A stretch of 64,000 nt of DNA, taken from sequence record KY608965.1. The stretch is one strand, 5' to 3'. The notes beneath the pieces are model-generated. The model was not told the DNA's origin, searched no databases, and saw only the letters and a list, made by a program, of their open reading frames with translations. Positions 37,932 to 47,500 of the stretch are shown here, piece after piece. Each line of letters opens with the position of its first letter. The first letter of the stretch is position 1. The stretch is from Escherichia phage phiEC1. A program made the position numbers and the translations under genes.

Positions 37932-38241
37932 CTAGACGGTCCACCATAGAATTGCATGCTGCCTTATCTTTAGGTTCCGCCACCGAGCATTCTAATATTT
38001 GCCATTTTTTATAGTATCTTTTAATTAAAGTAGACGCCTTGAACCTACTAGACGCCCCATCTTTTTCTCCGTCTTTATACGCGTATAACAATTTTTGTGA
38101 AAAATCTACTTTACACTCTTGACTTTTACCACAGTAATCAGACGCCGTTCTGTTTGTATACTCCGTTACATCAGTATATGTAGTATTAGCAAGAGCGTTA
38201 AATGAAACCAAGCCAACTATTAAAGCCAACATTTTGGTCAT
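37894..38241 (-). CDS. secreted protein (vs-like position)
   Basis: 115 aa, signal peptide, 4 Cys. Confidence 0.5.
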   Translation of the reverse strand: MTKMLALIVGLVSFNALANTTYTDVTEYTNRTASDYCGKSQECKVDFSQKLLYAYKDGEKDGASSRFKASTLIKRYYKKWQILECSVAEPKDKAACNSMVDRLVDSYTRGLAASD

Positions 38242-38780
38242 TCTTTTATTTCCAGTAGTTTATTTGATTTAAGGTAATTAGCCTTTTCTAGGACTTCAGA
38301 AGCATATTTACTTCCAGCACTTGTCTTCCATCCCGCATTATATGAGGATATAGCTTTTCTTATATCCCCGTTATGTATATTTAACCAATAAGAAAATTCG
38401 ATATAAGCCCATCTGGCTGAATTAGACCGCTTAGATAGCATTTTCTTAATTTGGGCATCAGTCATATTATAACCAAGCTGGTTAATTCTTGCCCTCATTG
38501 TTGGTAGATAATTTTGGAACATTCCATACGCATGGTGACCTTTCTTATCTTTAAGATTAATACCGGCAGATGATTCCTGCCATAGTATTGCGGCCATTAT
38601 GTATCCAAGTCCTTTCTTATGCATATTTTCATGCGTTTTAAATTTTCCATCCTTAGAAAACTGTTCCCCAAACTGATAAGCATAATTCAAGTTATCGAGT
38701 TGGACATTACTAAAAGTATGCTCGGAGCTATGTGCTGATAACGAAAGAGCAAATAGACCAGCGAGTAGTGCTTTTCTCAT
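38238..38780 (-). CDS. secreted lytic transglycosylase-like protein
   Basis: Signal peptide; WQESSAG...GMFQ SLT-type motif. Confidence 0.6.
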   Translation of the reverse strand: MRKALLAGLFALSLSAHSSEHTFSNVQLDNLNYAYQFGEQFSKDGKFKTHENMHKKGLGYIMAAILWQESSAGINLKDKKGHHAYGMFQNYLPTMRARINQLGYNMTDAQIKKMLSKRSNSARWAYIEFSYWLNIHNGDIRKAISSYNAGWKTSAGSKYASEVLEKANYLKSNKLLEIKE

Positions 38781-38788
38781 GTTTACCT

Positions 38789-39247
38789 CTAGATTTTAAT
38801 CACTGCTTTAGAAGCTTTTCCTGGTAGTCGTTTACTGTTAATAATAGCCATTCTACATTGAAGAGTCTTCATTTTGAATGCTGGATTTTCGCGACAAACT
38901 GTAAGTCCTAACCAAAGATTTCCGTCAGTTATTTCTAAACGGCCTGGGCGATATTCGACACCTTCGACAAAATCTTCATCAACATCTGGACGTGCCGGCA
39001 TTGATAAAAATTCTGCAACTTCTTTAACATGATTTTTTACTTTATGAAATAATTCAAAAACGTAATTCTCATCTATTTCTCTCTGGATGGCACGATCTAA
39101 GAGATGTTGAGAATACTTGATATGAAAGCCTGGTAGCCCAAGAGACTTTGCAGCATCTTTTATACCGGCATTTATTTTGCGGAACTCCGTTTCAAAGATT
39201 CGACGAAGTTTATTACGGCGGATAAAAACGTCTGAATTGATAGTCAT
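38789..39247 (-). CDS. regB: endoribonuclease RegB
   Basis: MTINSDVFIRRNKLRRIFETEFRKIN... matches T4 RegB. Confidence 0.9.
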   Translation of the reverse strand: MTINSDVFIRRNKLRRIFETEFRKINAGIKDAAKSLGLPGFHIKYSQHLLDRAIQREIDENYVFELFHKVKNHVKEVAEFLSMPARPDVDEDFVEGVEYRPGRLEITDGNLWLGLTVCRENPAFKMKTLQCRMAIINSKRLPGKASKAVIKI

Positions 39248-39270
39248 TTTGATTTCTCCTCTAGCTGACA

Positions 39271-39304
39271 GGTCTATAGTAACACAACTAGAGGAGAAGT
39301 AAAC
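39271..39304 (-). promoter_or_regulatory. early promoter cassette
   Basis: GTTTACTTCTCCTCTAGTTGTGTTACTATAGACC. Confidence 0.4.
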
Positions 39305-39308
39305 TACT

Positions 39309-39524
39309 TTATTGATAAAATGGAGTTAAAGCCCAAGATTCTTTAGATACCATATCGGCGAAACGCCTCATCTCTTCGATTTGGCGACGACGCTGGTCAG
39401 CATAGTCTTCTTCGCCTTCTTCCTTACAATCTTCAAGGTCTTCTTCAAGATACTTTAAGTATTCACTACAAATTTTGTTGACCTTTTCTTGGAAGTCCAA
39501 TAACCCAGTAATAGTAGAAGCCAT
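39309..39524 (-). CDS. hypothetical acidic protein
   Basis: 71-aa ORF. Confidence 0.45.
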   Translation of the reverse strand: MASTITGLLDFQEKVNKICSEYLKYLEEDLEDCKEEGEEDYADQRRRQIEEMRRFADMVSKESWALTPFYQ

Positions 39525-39790
39525 TAGTATTTTTCCTCAGGTCGAAATACTGCACGACAGGCCCACATGCTGGCTTCTTTTAGATGTTGCTTAGCATACT
39601 TAAGAGCCTGCACTGCATCCATATCTTCTTTGGTTTGTTGCTCTGTTTCATTTTCTTTCAAGATATATGCTTCTTCAATCAGAGCATCAAACAGCAATCC
39701 AAGACGGACTTCTGCATCTTTAATAGCGTTCACTTTACCGATTTTATCGTCGGTATGCGGCTTGTAGCCTTTGATGTCTTCAATCGACAT
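39524..39790 (-). CDS. hypothetical protein
   Basis: Track ORF trimmed to MSIEDIKGYK... Confidence 0.4.
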   Translation of the reverse strand: MSIEDIKGYKPHTDDKIGKVNAIKDAEVRLGLLFDALIEEAYILKENETEQQTKEDMDAVQALKYAKQHLKEASMWACRAVFRPEEKY

Positions 39791-40004
39791 AAGGAATTTC
39801 CTCATCGGTGGCAAGGTCATATTCGACCAATTGGATAGGCTCATTAATACCATATCCACGTACAGTGATATCAGTTGTCGGATAGCTTCCAGTAATATCA
39901 CCCATTCTAAATGCTTCAATGAATGATTGCTCGCCTGAGCAACTAAACCAGGCGGCAAAACATTTTAAAACATCTTCAGAACCTTCAATAATTATTTTAG
40001 CCAT
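39780..40004 (-). CDS. hypothetical protein
   Basis: 74-aa ORF. Confidence 0.45.
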   Translation of the reverse strand: MAKIIIEGSEDVLKCFAAWFSCSGEQSFIEAFRMGDITGSYPTTDITVRGYGINEPIQLVEYDLATDEEIPYVD

Positions 40005-40366
40005 TATAGACTCTCAGTAAAGGTACGAGCGATAACGTCGCGCTGCTGTTCCGGAGTCAGAGAGTTAAAGCGAACTGCATAACCGGATACACGGACGGTC
40101 AGCTGTGGATATTTTTCCGGATGCTTAACTGCATCTTCCAGAGTTTCGCGACGCAGAACGTTAACGTTCAGGTGTTGACCACCTTCAATTTTAACTTTAG
40201 GTTGATGTTCAATTTCAATTTCACGGGCATTCAAACCGTAGAAAATTTCCGGGTCTACAATAGCGTCTTCTTTAAAAGTCTTAGAGACAATAATCCGGGC
40301 TTGAGTACCATCTTCAAAATAAATAGTGCCTTTATGTGCACCTTCAAGAATTTGATATGCTTTCAT
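40004..40366 (-). CDS. autonomous glycyl-radical cofactor (GrcA/YfiD-like)
   Basis: C-terminus [62 protein letters not shown] carries the RVSGYAV glycyl-radical signature. Confidence 0.85.
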   Translation of the reverse strand: MKAYQILEGAHKGTIYFEDGTQARIIVSKTFKEDAIVDPEIFYGLNAREIEIEHQPKVKIEGGQHLNVNVLRRETLEDAVKHPEKYPQLTVRVSGYAVRFNSLTPEQQRDVIARTFTESL

Positions 40367-40372
40367 ATAACC

Positions 40373-40681
40373 TCAATTAGAAAATAAATTTATCCAAGTT
40401 TTTTCTTTAATCAAAAATGGGTCGGAATTAAACGCCATTAAACTTTGAGTGATTAATCCCTTAAATGGCCCATCAATAAATTCCATTTTGAAATGTGGAA
40501 TACTAGTCATCAACCGCGCATTAGGAGCAGTACAAAGAACCTGCTGCCCTGAGAACGGACCTTTAGTCAAACGATATCGTTTAGGTTTAAAATGGTAAAT
40601 CTCGTAATTTTCTACAAGAGCCCTTTTATTGCATACTGGGCTGTTATAACAATATTCAAAAACTTCAATAGTGGTCATCAT
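40373..40681 (-). CDS. hypothetical protein
   Basis: 102-aa ORF. Confidence 0.45.
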   Translation of the reverse strand: MMTTIEVFEYCYNSPVCNKRALVENYEIYHFKPKRYRLTKGPFSGQQVLCTAPNARLMTSIPHFKMEFIDGPFKGLITQSLMAFNSDPFLIKEKTWINLFSN

Positions 40682-41217
40682 TGCATTCCAATCACAAAAA
40701 ATTGAGGACGAGCGTTACCGCCGATGCAATATTTGCTTTTGCAGCAGGGCTGTACTGTTTTAATGTGGACATTGTAAATCTTATCCATATCAGGAGCTTT
40801 AATAGGCTCGTCAATTATATACAGAATACGAGAAAGCGTTAATCCACGGAATTTAGAACCTTCATTGCCAATAAAACTACGAACAGAATCGGTAAATAAA
40901 CGGAATCGAATATCGTCGCTAGAATAACGCGAAAATTCTTTTTCAATGTTGCCAGCAGAAATTTTAGCATAAGCTGAAGTATTAGAAAGAACAATAACTG
41001 TTCCACCATCATACAGCCAATTAGCAGCAAAGTTAGTCACAGCAATTGATTTACCTGATTGTCGGCCGCCATCTAAACGAAGTGTACAGTACTGCTTGAG
41101 TACGTCTTCAAATGGTGGGACATAACCGTTCTTACAAATTTCTTCTACTCTAGCATCAGAATGGTGTGTAAAAGCATTCATCAGGGATAGATAAGGTCCA
41201 GTTAAAAATGTTCTCAT
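40678..41217 (-). CDS. P-loop NTPase-like protein
   Basis: Walker A-like DGGRQSGKS, Walker B-like LYIIDEP. Confidence 0.5.
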   Translation of the reverse strand: MRTFLTGPYLSLMNAFTHHSDARVEEICKNGYVPPFEDVLKQYCTLRLDGGRQSGKSIAVTNFAANWLYDGGTVIVLSNTSAYAKISAGNIEKEFSRYSSDDIRFRLFTDSVRSFIGNEGSKFRGLTLSRILYIIDEPIKAPDMDKIYNVHIKTVQPCCKSKYCIGGNARPQFFVIGMQ

Positions 41218-41360
41218 TTAGTTTCTCTTAAGGTTGGGCCATTCCATGGCGCATGAATTGTCCGTTTCTGTATTTACCCATTACCGCACTTGGGCTCGAC
41301 CTTATTACAGGTTGGCGGGAATCCCTCATAGAATAATGAGGTCCAGGTTGTTCCCATTTT

Positions 41361-41392
41361 ATTTAAATGTAAATAGGCCTATACTTAGGCCT
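41361..41392 (-). terminator. putative terminator
   Basis: AGGCCU-n6-AGGCCU hairpin after ipIII-like stop, U-rich tail. Confidence 0.45.
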
Positions 41393-41394
41393 TA

Positions 41395-41973
41395 TTAATT
41401 ACCACGGGCTGCATTAGCAACGGCGTAAGCGTACTGAACATTAGCGTCTTTAAACGTACCTTTAGAGGTATCTATTTCTGCCTTAAAGCCGCCTTTAGCC
41501 ATAACATCAGCAAATTCTTTACGGAAAGCCATTGCGTCAAGACCTTTCCATGATGATTTATGCTTGGCAAATTCAAGACCTGCGAAGTTGACAGCTTTAG
41601 CCAATTTATTATCAATGACCCATTTACCTGCTTTAGGCACAAACTTCGGGCCTTTTTGTTTAGAGAACAGTTTTAAATTCCAGCGACGAAGGTCACTGTC
41701 GGCTTTAACAAAAGCTGCGTCTAAGTTACTAGCAACAACATCTTCAATATGAGCAAATTTAAGACCATCAACTTCAATATTTAGATCGTTACGCCAGCGA
41801 AGTCCTTCCCAAGCGAAGGCTTTAAAGTCGGAAGCCTTTGTAGCTAAGTACCGTTCAATAGGAGCAGTTTTAGGGTCAAAGCCGTTTCCGCCACGATAAT
41901 TCCACTCGTCCTTATTAATGCCTTGAGCTTTTCCTGCAAAGGCCTCGGCGATAAATTCTTTATATGTTTTCAT
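41395..41973 (-). CDS. ipIII: internal protein III-like (capsid-targeted)
   Basis: N-terminal MKTYKEFIAEA capsid-targeting leader; 192 aa. Confidence 0.7.
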   Translation of the reverse strand: MKTYKEFIAEAFAGKAQGINKDEWNYRGGNGFDPKTAPIERYLATKASDFKAFAWEGLRWRNDLNIEVDGLKFAHIEDVVASNLDAAFVKADSDLRRWNLKLFSKQKGPKFVPKAGKWVIDNKLAKAVNFAGLEFAKHKSSWKGLDAMAFRKEFADVMAKGGFKAEIDTSKGTFKDANVQYAYAVANAARGN

Positions 41974-41999
41974 TTTTGTTCCTATTCTTTTAATTTATG

Positions 42000-42314
42000 T
42001 TATTCTTTAGGGAAGTTTTTAGAGTATGCGTCATAAAGTTTATTACCGATGCGACGGAAGACTTTAGCTGCAAAACGGTTTTCAGGGTTTTTAATCATGA
42101 TTTGCATCATGTAAGTTCCTGCATCCGAAAGAGCTTCTTCATAGTACCCATTAATTTCTTTAAGAGTCCTACGTTTACCACCAGGACCATCAACAGTAAT
42201 TTTCCATTTACCTGTAGAAGTGCGGCTCGGTGGCTCAACTTGTTCAATCCAAATATAACCACCTTCAACGCGTTGGTTGGCGGATTCTGCAATAAATTCT
42301 TTATACGTTTTCAT
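42000..42314 (-). CDS. ipII: internal protein II-like (capsid-targeted)
   Basis: MKTYKEFIAES leader; 104 aa. Confidence 0.65.
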   Translation of the reverse strand: MKTYKEFIAESANQRVEGGYIWIEQVEPPSRTSTGKWKITVDGPGGKRRTLKEINGYYEEALSDAGTYMMQIMIKNPENRFAAKVFRRIGNKLYDAYSKNFPKE

Positions 42315-42340
42315 TTTTGTTTCCTTGTTTGTTTTGATAG

Positions 42341-42374
42341 AGTAATTATACCATATTAATACTTAAGCGTAAAC
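42341..42374 (-). promoter_or_regulatory. early promoter (TTTACG-17-TATAAT)
   Basis: Transcribed strand TTTACGCTTAAGTATTAATATGGTATAAT upstream of ipII-like gene. Confidence 0.5.
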
Positions 42375-42377
42375 AAT

Positions 42378-42494
42378 TTAAGCTTTACCGCCAGAAATAA
42401 TTCCGAAGTTGTTAAAATCGTATCCAATATCGTCAACATCTACTTTAGGACCTTTGGCATCTGCTTCAATGATAAATTCTTGATACATTTTCAT
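42378..42494 (-). CDS. mini internal-protein-like ORF (38 aa), not in ORF track
   Basis: MKMYQEFIIEADAKGPKVDVDDIGYDFNNFGIISGGKA; SD AAGGA. Confidence 0.4.
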   Translation of the reverse strand: MKMYQEFIIEADAKGPKVDVDDIGYDFNNFGIISGGKA

Positions 42495-42500
42495 TTTTCC

Positions 42501-42914
42501 TTAGTAAATTGATTTACCATAGTATTTGTACCAAGTCGGACGTTGAGCAATTTTTTCATCTAAGCGTGCTTGACTTATCGCAATGGACGCTTCGGACGGG
42601 ACATAATTATTACGAAATTCGGCAGGAATGTCGGAAATATCCTGGACAGTCGTGTCCTTGATTTTGAAACCACGTTTCAAGCATTCAGCTATTAGCTCGA
42701 TTTGACGTAAACGTAAAAATTCGAGTTTGTCATAAAAGAATGTTACGTGACCTGTGCCTAAGATAAATGTTGGAGAGATTTTAAAATCCTTTACACGTTT
42801 ACCATTTTGAACATGTTTACGGACTGCACCAAATACGCGTGGTAATTCACGATACTCAGCCATAAGATGTTGGTCGGTCAGTTCAGAAACAAGTGTTAAA
42901 TTGATACGAGTCAT
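42501..42914 (-). CDS. denV: endonuclease V (pyrimidine-dimer DNA glycosylase) DenV
   Basis: [29 protein letters not shown]... matches T4 DenV; SD GGAGG. Confidence 0.92.
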   Translation of the reverse strand: MTRINLTLVSELTDQHLMAEYRELPRVFGAVRKHVQNGKRVKDFKISPTFILGTGHVTFFYDKLEFLRLRQIELIAECLKRGFKIKDTTVQDISDIPAEFRNNYVPSEASIAISQARLDEKIAQRPTWYKYYGKSIY

Positions 42915-42940
42915 AATTTCCTCCAAGTAGTTGATAGATG

Positions 42941-42971
42941 TATAGTATCAAAACCCTTGGAGGAAGTAAAC
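42941..42971 (-). promoter_or_regulatory. early promoter cassette
   Basis: GTTTACTTCCTCCAAGGGTTTTGATACTATACATCTATC. Confidence 0.4.
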
Positions 42972-42972
42972 A

Positions 42973-43254
42973 CTATTTTTCTGAAGCGCCTGAAATATAT
43001 TTTTCAAGACGTTGTTTCATCAGCGAGCCGTTCTTAGCGATTTCTTCCGGTTTATCGCACATACGCAACAGTGCTTCAAGCTTAGCGATATCGCTGGTAC
43101 GTTCAAATTTGCGAGTATCTATCTTACTGGCAAGTTCAGAAATACGTGCTAATAGACTTTCAGCTTCAACCAAAGCTGCACCTAGCTTAGTTGCAAATGT
43201 GTCAGTAGCTTCGTTAAGAATAGATTCTGATAAAAATTCACTATATGTTTTCAT
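42973..43254 (-). CDS. internal-protein-like protein with CTS leader
   Basis: [11 protein letters not shown] leader; ATGA overlap with gene e stop. Confidence 0.6.
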   Translation of the reverse strand: MKTYSEFLSESILNEATDTFATKLGAALVEAESLLARISELASKIDTRKFERTSDIAKLEALLRMCDKPEEIAKNGSLMKQRLEKYISGASEK

Positions 43255-43739
43255 ATATACGCTTTCCAAGTTCCTGTTTTAAATGTTGAGATTACGCGTT
43301 TTGCGCGATTAGGTGTCTGACGATACCATTTAGATTGGGCGAGATTTACTGCCGCTTCATCCCAACGTTTCTGTTGAAGCATACGAAGAGAATTAGTAAA
43401 ACCGGCGACGCCTGATACGCCCATTTGGAAGACCATATTGACTAATGCACATCGACGAACCGCGTCTAAAGAATCATACACCGGTTTAAGTTTAGCATTA
43501 CCCAAGATTCCGCGAACGGCTTTATCGACGTCTTCATTAAATAGCTTTTCAGCCTCATCAAGGGTAATTGTACCGTTGCATTTACGACCGATCATTCTGT
43601 CAAGTTCAGCTTTAGCTACGGCTAAAGACGGGTTCTTTGTTACTAAATGGCCTATGCCAATCGTCCAAAAGCCTTCAGTGTCTTTATATAAAGTCAGTCT
43701 AAGACCTTCATCATTACGAAGCATTTCAAATATATTCAT
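43251..43739 (-). CDS. e: lysozyme (endolysin) gene e
   Basis: [32 protein letters not shown]... matches T4 lysozyme; SD GGAGG. Confidence 0.95.
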   Translation of the reverse strand: MNIFEMLRNDEGLRLTLYKDTEGFWTIGIGHLVTKNPSLAVAKAELDRMIGRKCNGTITLDEAEKLFNEDVDKAVRGILGNAKLKPVYDSLDAVRRCALVNMVFQMGVSGVAGFTNSLRMLQQKRWDEAAVNLAQSKWYRQTPNRAKRVISTFKTGTWKAYI

Positions 43740-43773
43740 AATACCTCCCACGTTTATAGGAGGTATTTATTAC

Positions 43774-44232
43774 TTATAGGAGGGTAGTGAGCACCTTATA
43801 TAATGATTTGCCCATTACATATTCCCATTGAGAAGGTTTAATTAAAGCGAATGCATCAAATTCAGGAATTTGTCGTCCGTCTGGGAATGTATGATAGGAA
43901 TTACAAACACTGTTTCTGAATTGCTCGTGCTCTACAGGGATGGTATATAGGAACAGATGAATATTCTTATTGTCTGAGTAATGATGTTCACCTAGGTCTT
44001 TCAGGAAGGCAGGGTCATATTGTGTAAACCCAGTTTCTTCTTCGCATTCACGAATAGCGGCTTCAATAGGAGATTCGCCAGGTTCGACACGGCCTTTAGG
44101 AATATCCCACCGATGAGCTAATGCACCTTTAGAACGAGAACCAGTTACACGACCCATGAATAATTCTTTATCTTCGGTAAGGAAAATAATACCGGCTGAT
44201 AGTTCTTTCACTTTATTTTTCTTACTCATCAT
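43774..44232 (-). CDS. nudE: Nudix hydrolase NudE
   Basis: Nudix box GRVEPGESPIEAAIRECEEETG. Confidence 0.85.
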   Translation of the reverse strand: MMSKKNKVKELSAGIIFLTEDKELFMGRVTGSRSKGALAHRWDIPKGRVEPGESPIEAAIRECEEETGFTQYDPAFLKDLGEHHYSDNKNIHLFLYTIPVEHEQFRNSVCNSYHTFPDGRQIPEFDAFALIKPSQWEYVMGKSLYKVLTTLL

Positions 44233-44473
44233 CTCGGTCCCATGATTTGGCCATTAATTCGGACATAAATTCTTCAATGCGTGTTTCTTTAGATGGACTT
44301 TCACTATTAGAGACCGCAAGTTTGTAATCTGCAATAGGACGGAACAAATCAAGGTCCATATTAAGATCGTCTTTGATTTTTTCTTCTGACACATCTTTAT
44401 CGTATGTGTATAGATAACTATCACATGATTCCGATTTAATGTAAATTGCTATACTCATCTCAAATTCCTGCAT
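44222..44473 (-). CDS. hypothetical acidic protein
   Basis: 83-aa ORF. Confidence 0.45.
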   Translation of the reverse strand: MQEFEMSIAIYIKSESCDSYLYTYDKDVSEEKIKDDLNMDLDLFRPIADYKLAVSNSESPSKETRIEEFMSELMAKSWDRDDE

Positions 44474-44946
44474 TCGGTAATAAAACGTTCAACTTCGTTA
44501 TTCTTGGCCTTTATCTTGTCTTTACGTTCCTGTAAACTACTTTTAACAAGATTAATAATGATGCCTATAGTACCTCCACCAATTATACCACCAATTATAC
44601 TTACGATAGTAGATGCCAATAAGATAGCGATAATATCTGGTATGGCAAAGGCACTTACTTTAGTACTAAAAAACCATACCGACGGTACAAATATAATCCA
44701 TCCTGTTATCCATTGGCACTTATTGAAAAACTTTTCAAGATCAGCTTGAGTTGTTCGTATTACTTCATCGATAGGTTGATATCCATTAATGTATCTGTTC
44801 ACGATAATACCTGCTGGCTGGTCGATTTTAAATTCTTGGCAAATACGTTTCACTAAGTAGGATGGACATCCTGTCCAATCCACCGAATAGTACGAAATAC
44901 CTTCATTGCCGTCGTCAATATTAGACCAATATGTTTTGTTAATCAT
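44455..44946 (-). CDS. membrane protein, FI(K/T)ECR C-terminal family
   Basis: TM segments then C-terminal ...EVERFITECRNLR. Confidence 0.5.
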   Translation of the reverse strand: MINKTYWSNIDDGNEGISYYSVDWTGCPSYLVKRICQEFKIDQPAGIIVNRYINGYQPIDEVIRTTQADLEKFFNKCQWITGWIIFVPSVWFFSTKVSAFAIPDIIAILLASTIVSIIGGIIGGGTIGIIINLVKSSLQERKDKIKAKNNEVERFITECRNLR

Positions 44947-45632
44947 TACCAGCCTTCCATAGGGAATTCCAGATAAACTTGGGCATTGACACGAATTTCA
45001 TTGGTAATCTTTTTAACTCGGTCTGTATTACGAGATACACGTCCGAACCAACGCCATCCATTACTAATTGCACGAGAACCAGTGTGCCATGTTTGCCAAT
45101 CAAACTGAAGAAGAGTACGGTCCGGAGCTTCCCATTTCTCTAGTTCACCTTTTTCAATTTTTTCGAGGACTTCTTTGTGCCACTGGCGATAGATAAGTTC
45201 GCCATCAGGAATCTGACTGAACTCTGCAGTTCCTGTTGCAAAATGAGTAGGACACACGTCAGCGTTAACAAGACCAAGAATATGTTCAGAATGGTAACGA
45301 GGGTTGTCATAATCAGGTTGTCCTGCAGTAATAAAATGTTGACCAACCGGAATATCCGGGCGTGGTACATCATCATGGTGATAACCTGGGATAGCAGGAT
45401 ACCAACCAGGCATCAGCATGTGGACTCGTGAATCAAATACAACCTGGTCTGTGTTCCAATCATCTGGCAAGTTCATGATGAAGCTGCGAGTAATAGGACC
45501 GCCGTTATTATAAGCAAATTCTAAACTACAGTTGAAGAACATAGGCTCGTTCTTGATTTTATCATTAGAAATACCGCCGGCAAAACCACCTACTGCACGA
45601 GCTTGACTATTAAACACTTTAGAACTATTCAT
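44946..45632 (-). CDS. hypothetical protein
   Basis: 228-aa ORF, His/Asp-rich. Confidence 0.55.
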   Translation of the reverse strand: MNSSKVFNSQARAVGGFAGGISNDKIKNEPMFFNCSLEFAYNNGGPITRSFIMNLPDDWNTDQVVFDSRVHMLMPGWYPAIPGYHHDDVPRPDIPVGQHFITAGQPDYDNPRYHSEHILGLVNADVCPTHFATGTAEFSQIPDGELIYRQWHKEVLEKIEKGELEKWEAPDRTLLQFDWQTWHTGSRAISNGWRWFGRVSRNTDRVKKITNEIRVNAQVYLEFPMEGW

Positions 45633-45633
45633 A

Positions 45634-45939
45634 TTATTTTCCTCGACATTCTTTAATGAAATTTTCTAGATTGGTAGATTCAATAGCTTTTTTACGAGCT
45701 TCTGCGTGTTCTTCTTCAGACAATTTACATTTATAATTAACCCAGACGTTATGGTCAAAACTAGTCGTGGCATATAATAACAAAGCCCCGACGAATAATA
45801 AAAATGGTGATAAGAATACAAAACCAGGAACACCATCCATATCGTAAGCCTTTTGTAATACTGCAACAGAAAGAGCTGCGTAAAAAGGTGATGCAAATAT
45901 TGTTAAAAGACCAATTCGGTTGGTTTCGCCTAATTTCAT
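45634..45939 (-). CDS. membrane protein, FI(K/T)ECR C-terminal family
   Basis: TM hairpin then ...LENFIKECRGK. Confidence 0.5.
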   Translation of the reverse strand: MKLGETNRIGLLTIFASPFYAALSVAVLQKAYDMDGVPGFVFLSPFLLFVGALLLYATTSFDHNVWVNYKCKLSEEEHAEARKKAIESTNLENFIKECRGK

Positions 45940-45959
45940 AATATTCTCCTCATGTTTTA

Positions 45960-45985
45960 ATAGGACTACTATAACATAGTCCTAT
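45960..45985 (-). repeat. palindromic early-promoter element, copy 2
   Basis: ATAGGACTACTATAACATAGTCCTAT; GTAAAC at 45992-45997. Confidence 0.55.
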
Positions 45986-46009
45986 AATTGGGTAAACAGT
46001 TTTGTGAAG

Positions 46010-46966
46010 TTATTTGAAAGGTTTCACCATATGAAAATTTTCTTTAAACCGTTTGATGTAATCATTTTTGCCGAGCTTATGATACATAGCCACTACTTCA
46101 TAATAGTTCTCGTATGCGTACTCACGGAACCATCCTGACGTGATTGAAGTACAGACTTTTTCTAATGCCATCATGAAACTGGCTTCAGGGTTAATTTCAA
46201 AGTTATTAGGAATCTGAGAACGTTCTAATGCTAGTACACATGATTCTTCGTATACACCGGCCAATTTGACCATTTCCGGTAATGATTCGAACTTCTCGCG
46301 TGAGGTCATGACTTCAGAACCATCTTTCATGTAAAATGTATACGCTGGACGGTCTGTTAGTGCAATGGCTTCGTGAATAGTATCATGGTCATACGTATAG
46401 ATGTCATCTTTAAAGAATGCGCTTTTAGAAGTGTCAAGAACTGGGTGAGCATAGTTCAAGGTTTCTTTCTGGCGTTTCAGCATAATTTCAGTAAGTTCAT
46501 CGTTCAGTGTAACACCTTTACCACGAAGATACTGAATATGGTTCATAGTCTTTAAAAAGAATGGATTATTTTTCTTGAAACGATGGGACATCTTAATTGC
46601 AAGGCACATCTCAGGAGTTGCCCAGTAAAACCCGTTCAAACGGTCTTTAGTCAAATTTTTCTTGGCGTATTTTAAAAGGTCATAAGAAGACGTGAAATCT
46701 TCAGGAGTGAGTTCACCGACTAATTCACGGACATTAGTGATTGCCGGAACAATATATGCTTCAAAATGAGTTTCGCGTCCGTTATGAAAACATTTGAAAA
46801 CCTGGACGTCAGGGTTATCTTGGTGAACATATACACCCATCATTTGATTTTTGAATGCATTCCAAGAACCTTGGTCCGCAATAAAGTCCCAATCGCTATT
46901 TTTGATAGCGCTAGAATCAATAAGGCCGTGATAGTGAAGTGCACGAGAACCAATAACTAACATCAT
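46010..46966 (-). CDS. hypothetical protein
   Basis: 318-aa ORF. Confidence 0.6.
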   Translation of the reverse strand: MMLVIGSRALHYHGLIDSSAIKNSDWDFIADQGSWNAFKNQMMGVYVHQDNPDVQVFKCFHNGRETHFEAYIVPAITNVRELVGELTPEDFTSSYDLLKYAKKNLTKDRLNGFYWATPEMCLAIKMSHRFKKNNPFFLKTMNHIQYLRGKGVTLNDELTEIMLKRQKETLNYAHPVLDTSKSAFFKDDIYTYDHDTIHEAIALTDRPAYTFYMKDGSEVMTSREKFESLPEMVKLAGVYEESCVLALERSQIPNNFEINPEASFMMALEKVCTSITSGWFREYAYENYYEVVAMYHKLGKNDYIKRFKENFHMVKPFK

Positions 46967-46991
46967 AATATTTTCCTCGAATTTAGATTAC

Positions 46992-47243
46992 TTAAATTTC
47001 ACGACATGCGATATTATATTCATCCCAGAGGTCGTCATGTGAAGCCTCTACCAAAGGAACGATTGTACCGTTTATGTCTTCATTATAAGGACAAATTGTA
47101 CAGTGCGCATCTTCGAATCGGATGCCTTTGTGTTCAGATTTTTTATAACGCATATCGAATATCTTTGCAAACTTTTCACGACTAATAGTTTTAGCAACTA
47201 CTTCGGTTCCGATACTTTCGTAATAAATCATTGTAGACTCCAT
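46992..47243 (-). CDS. hypothetical protein
   Basis: 83 aa; Cys/His pairs. Confidence 0.5.
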   Translation of the reverse strand: MESTMIYYESIGTEVVAKTISREKFAKIFDMRYKKSEHKGIRFEDAHCTICPYNEDINGTIVPLVEASHDDLWDEYNIACREI

Positions 47244-47250
47244 TTAATTT

Positions 47251-47277
47251 GATAGGACTACTATAACATAGCCCTAT
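47251..47277 (-). repeat. palindromic early-promoter element, copy 3 (one mismatch)
   Basis: GATAGGACTACTATAACATAGCCCTATC; GTAAAC at 47285-47290. Confidence 0.5.
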
Positions 47278-47293
47278 CTTGTTGTAAACTGTT

Positions 47294-47491
47294 TTAGCAA
47301 GAATAACTAGATGATACCCAGCCTTGAACAGTAATACTATTATTTGATAACGAGATTGCGTCCTGGAGATTCAGACCTGCGTTATCTTCAATCCACAATG
47401 TAACTTCTTCACGTTCTTCGGTTGCAATTTGGAACAGGTTTTCCAGGGCAGCTACTGCCGTACGTACAGCACAATCTAATTCACGAGACAT
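47294..47491 (-). CDS. hypothetical protein
   Basis: 65-aa ORF. Confidence 0.4.
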   Translation of the reverse strand: MSRELDCAVRTAVAALENLFQIATEEREEVTLWIEDNAGLNLQDAISLSNNSITVQGWVSSSYSC

Positions 47492-47500
47492 ATTATTTCC

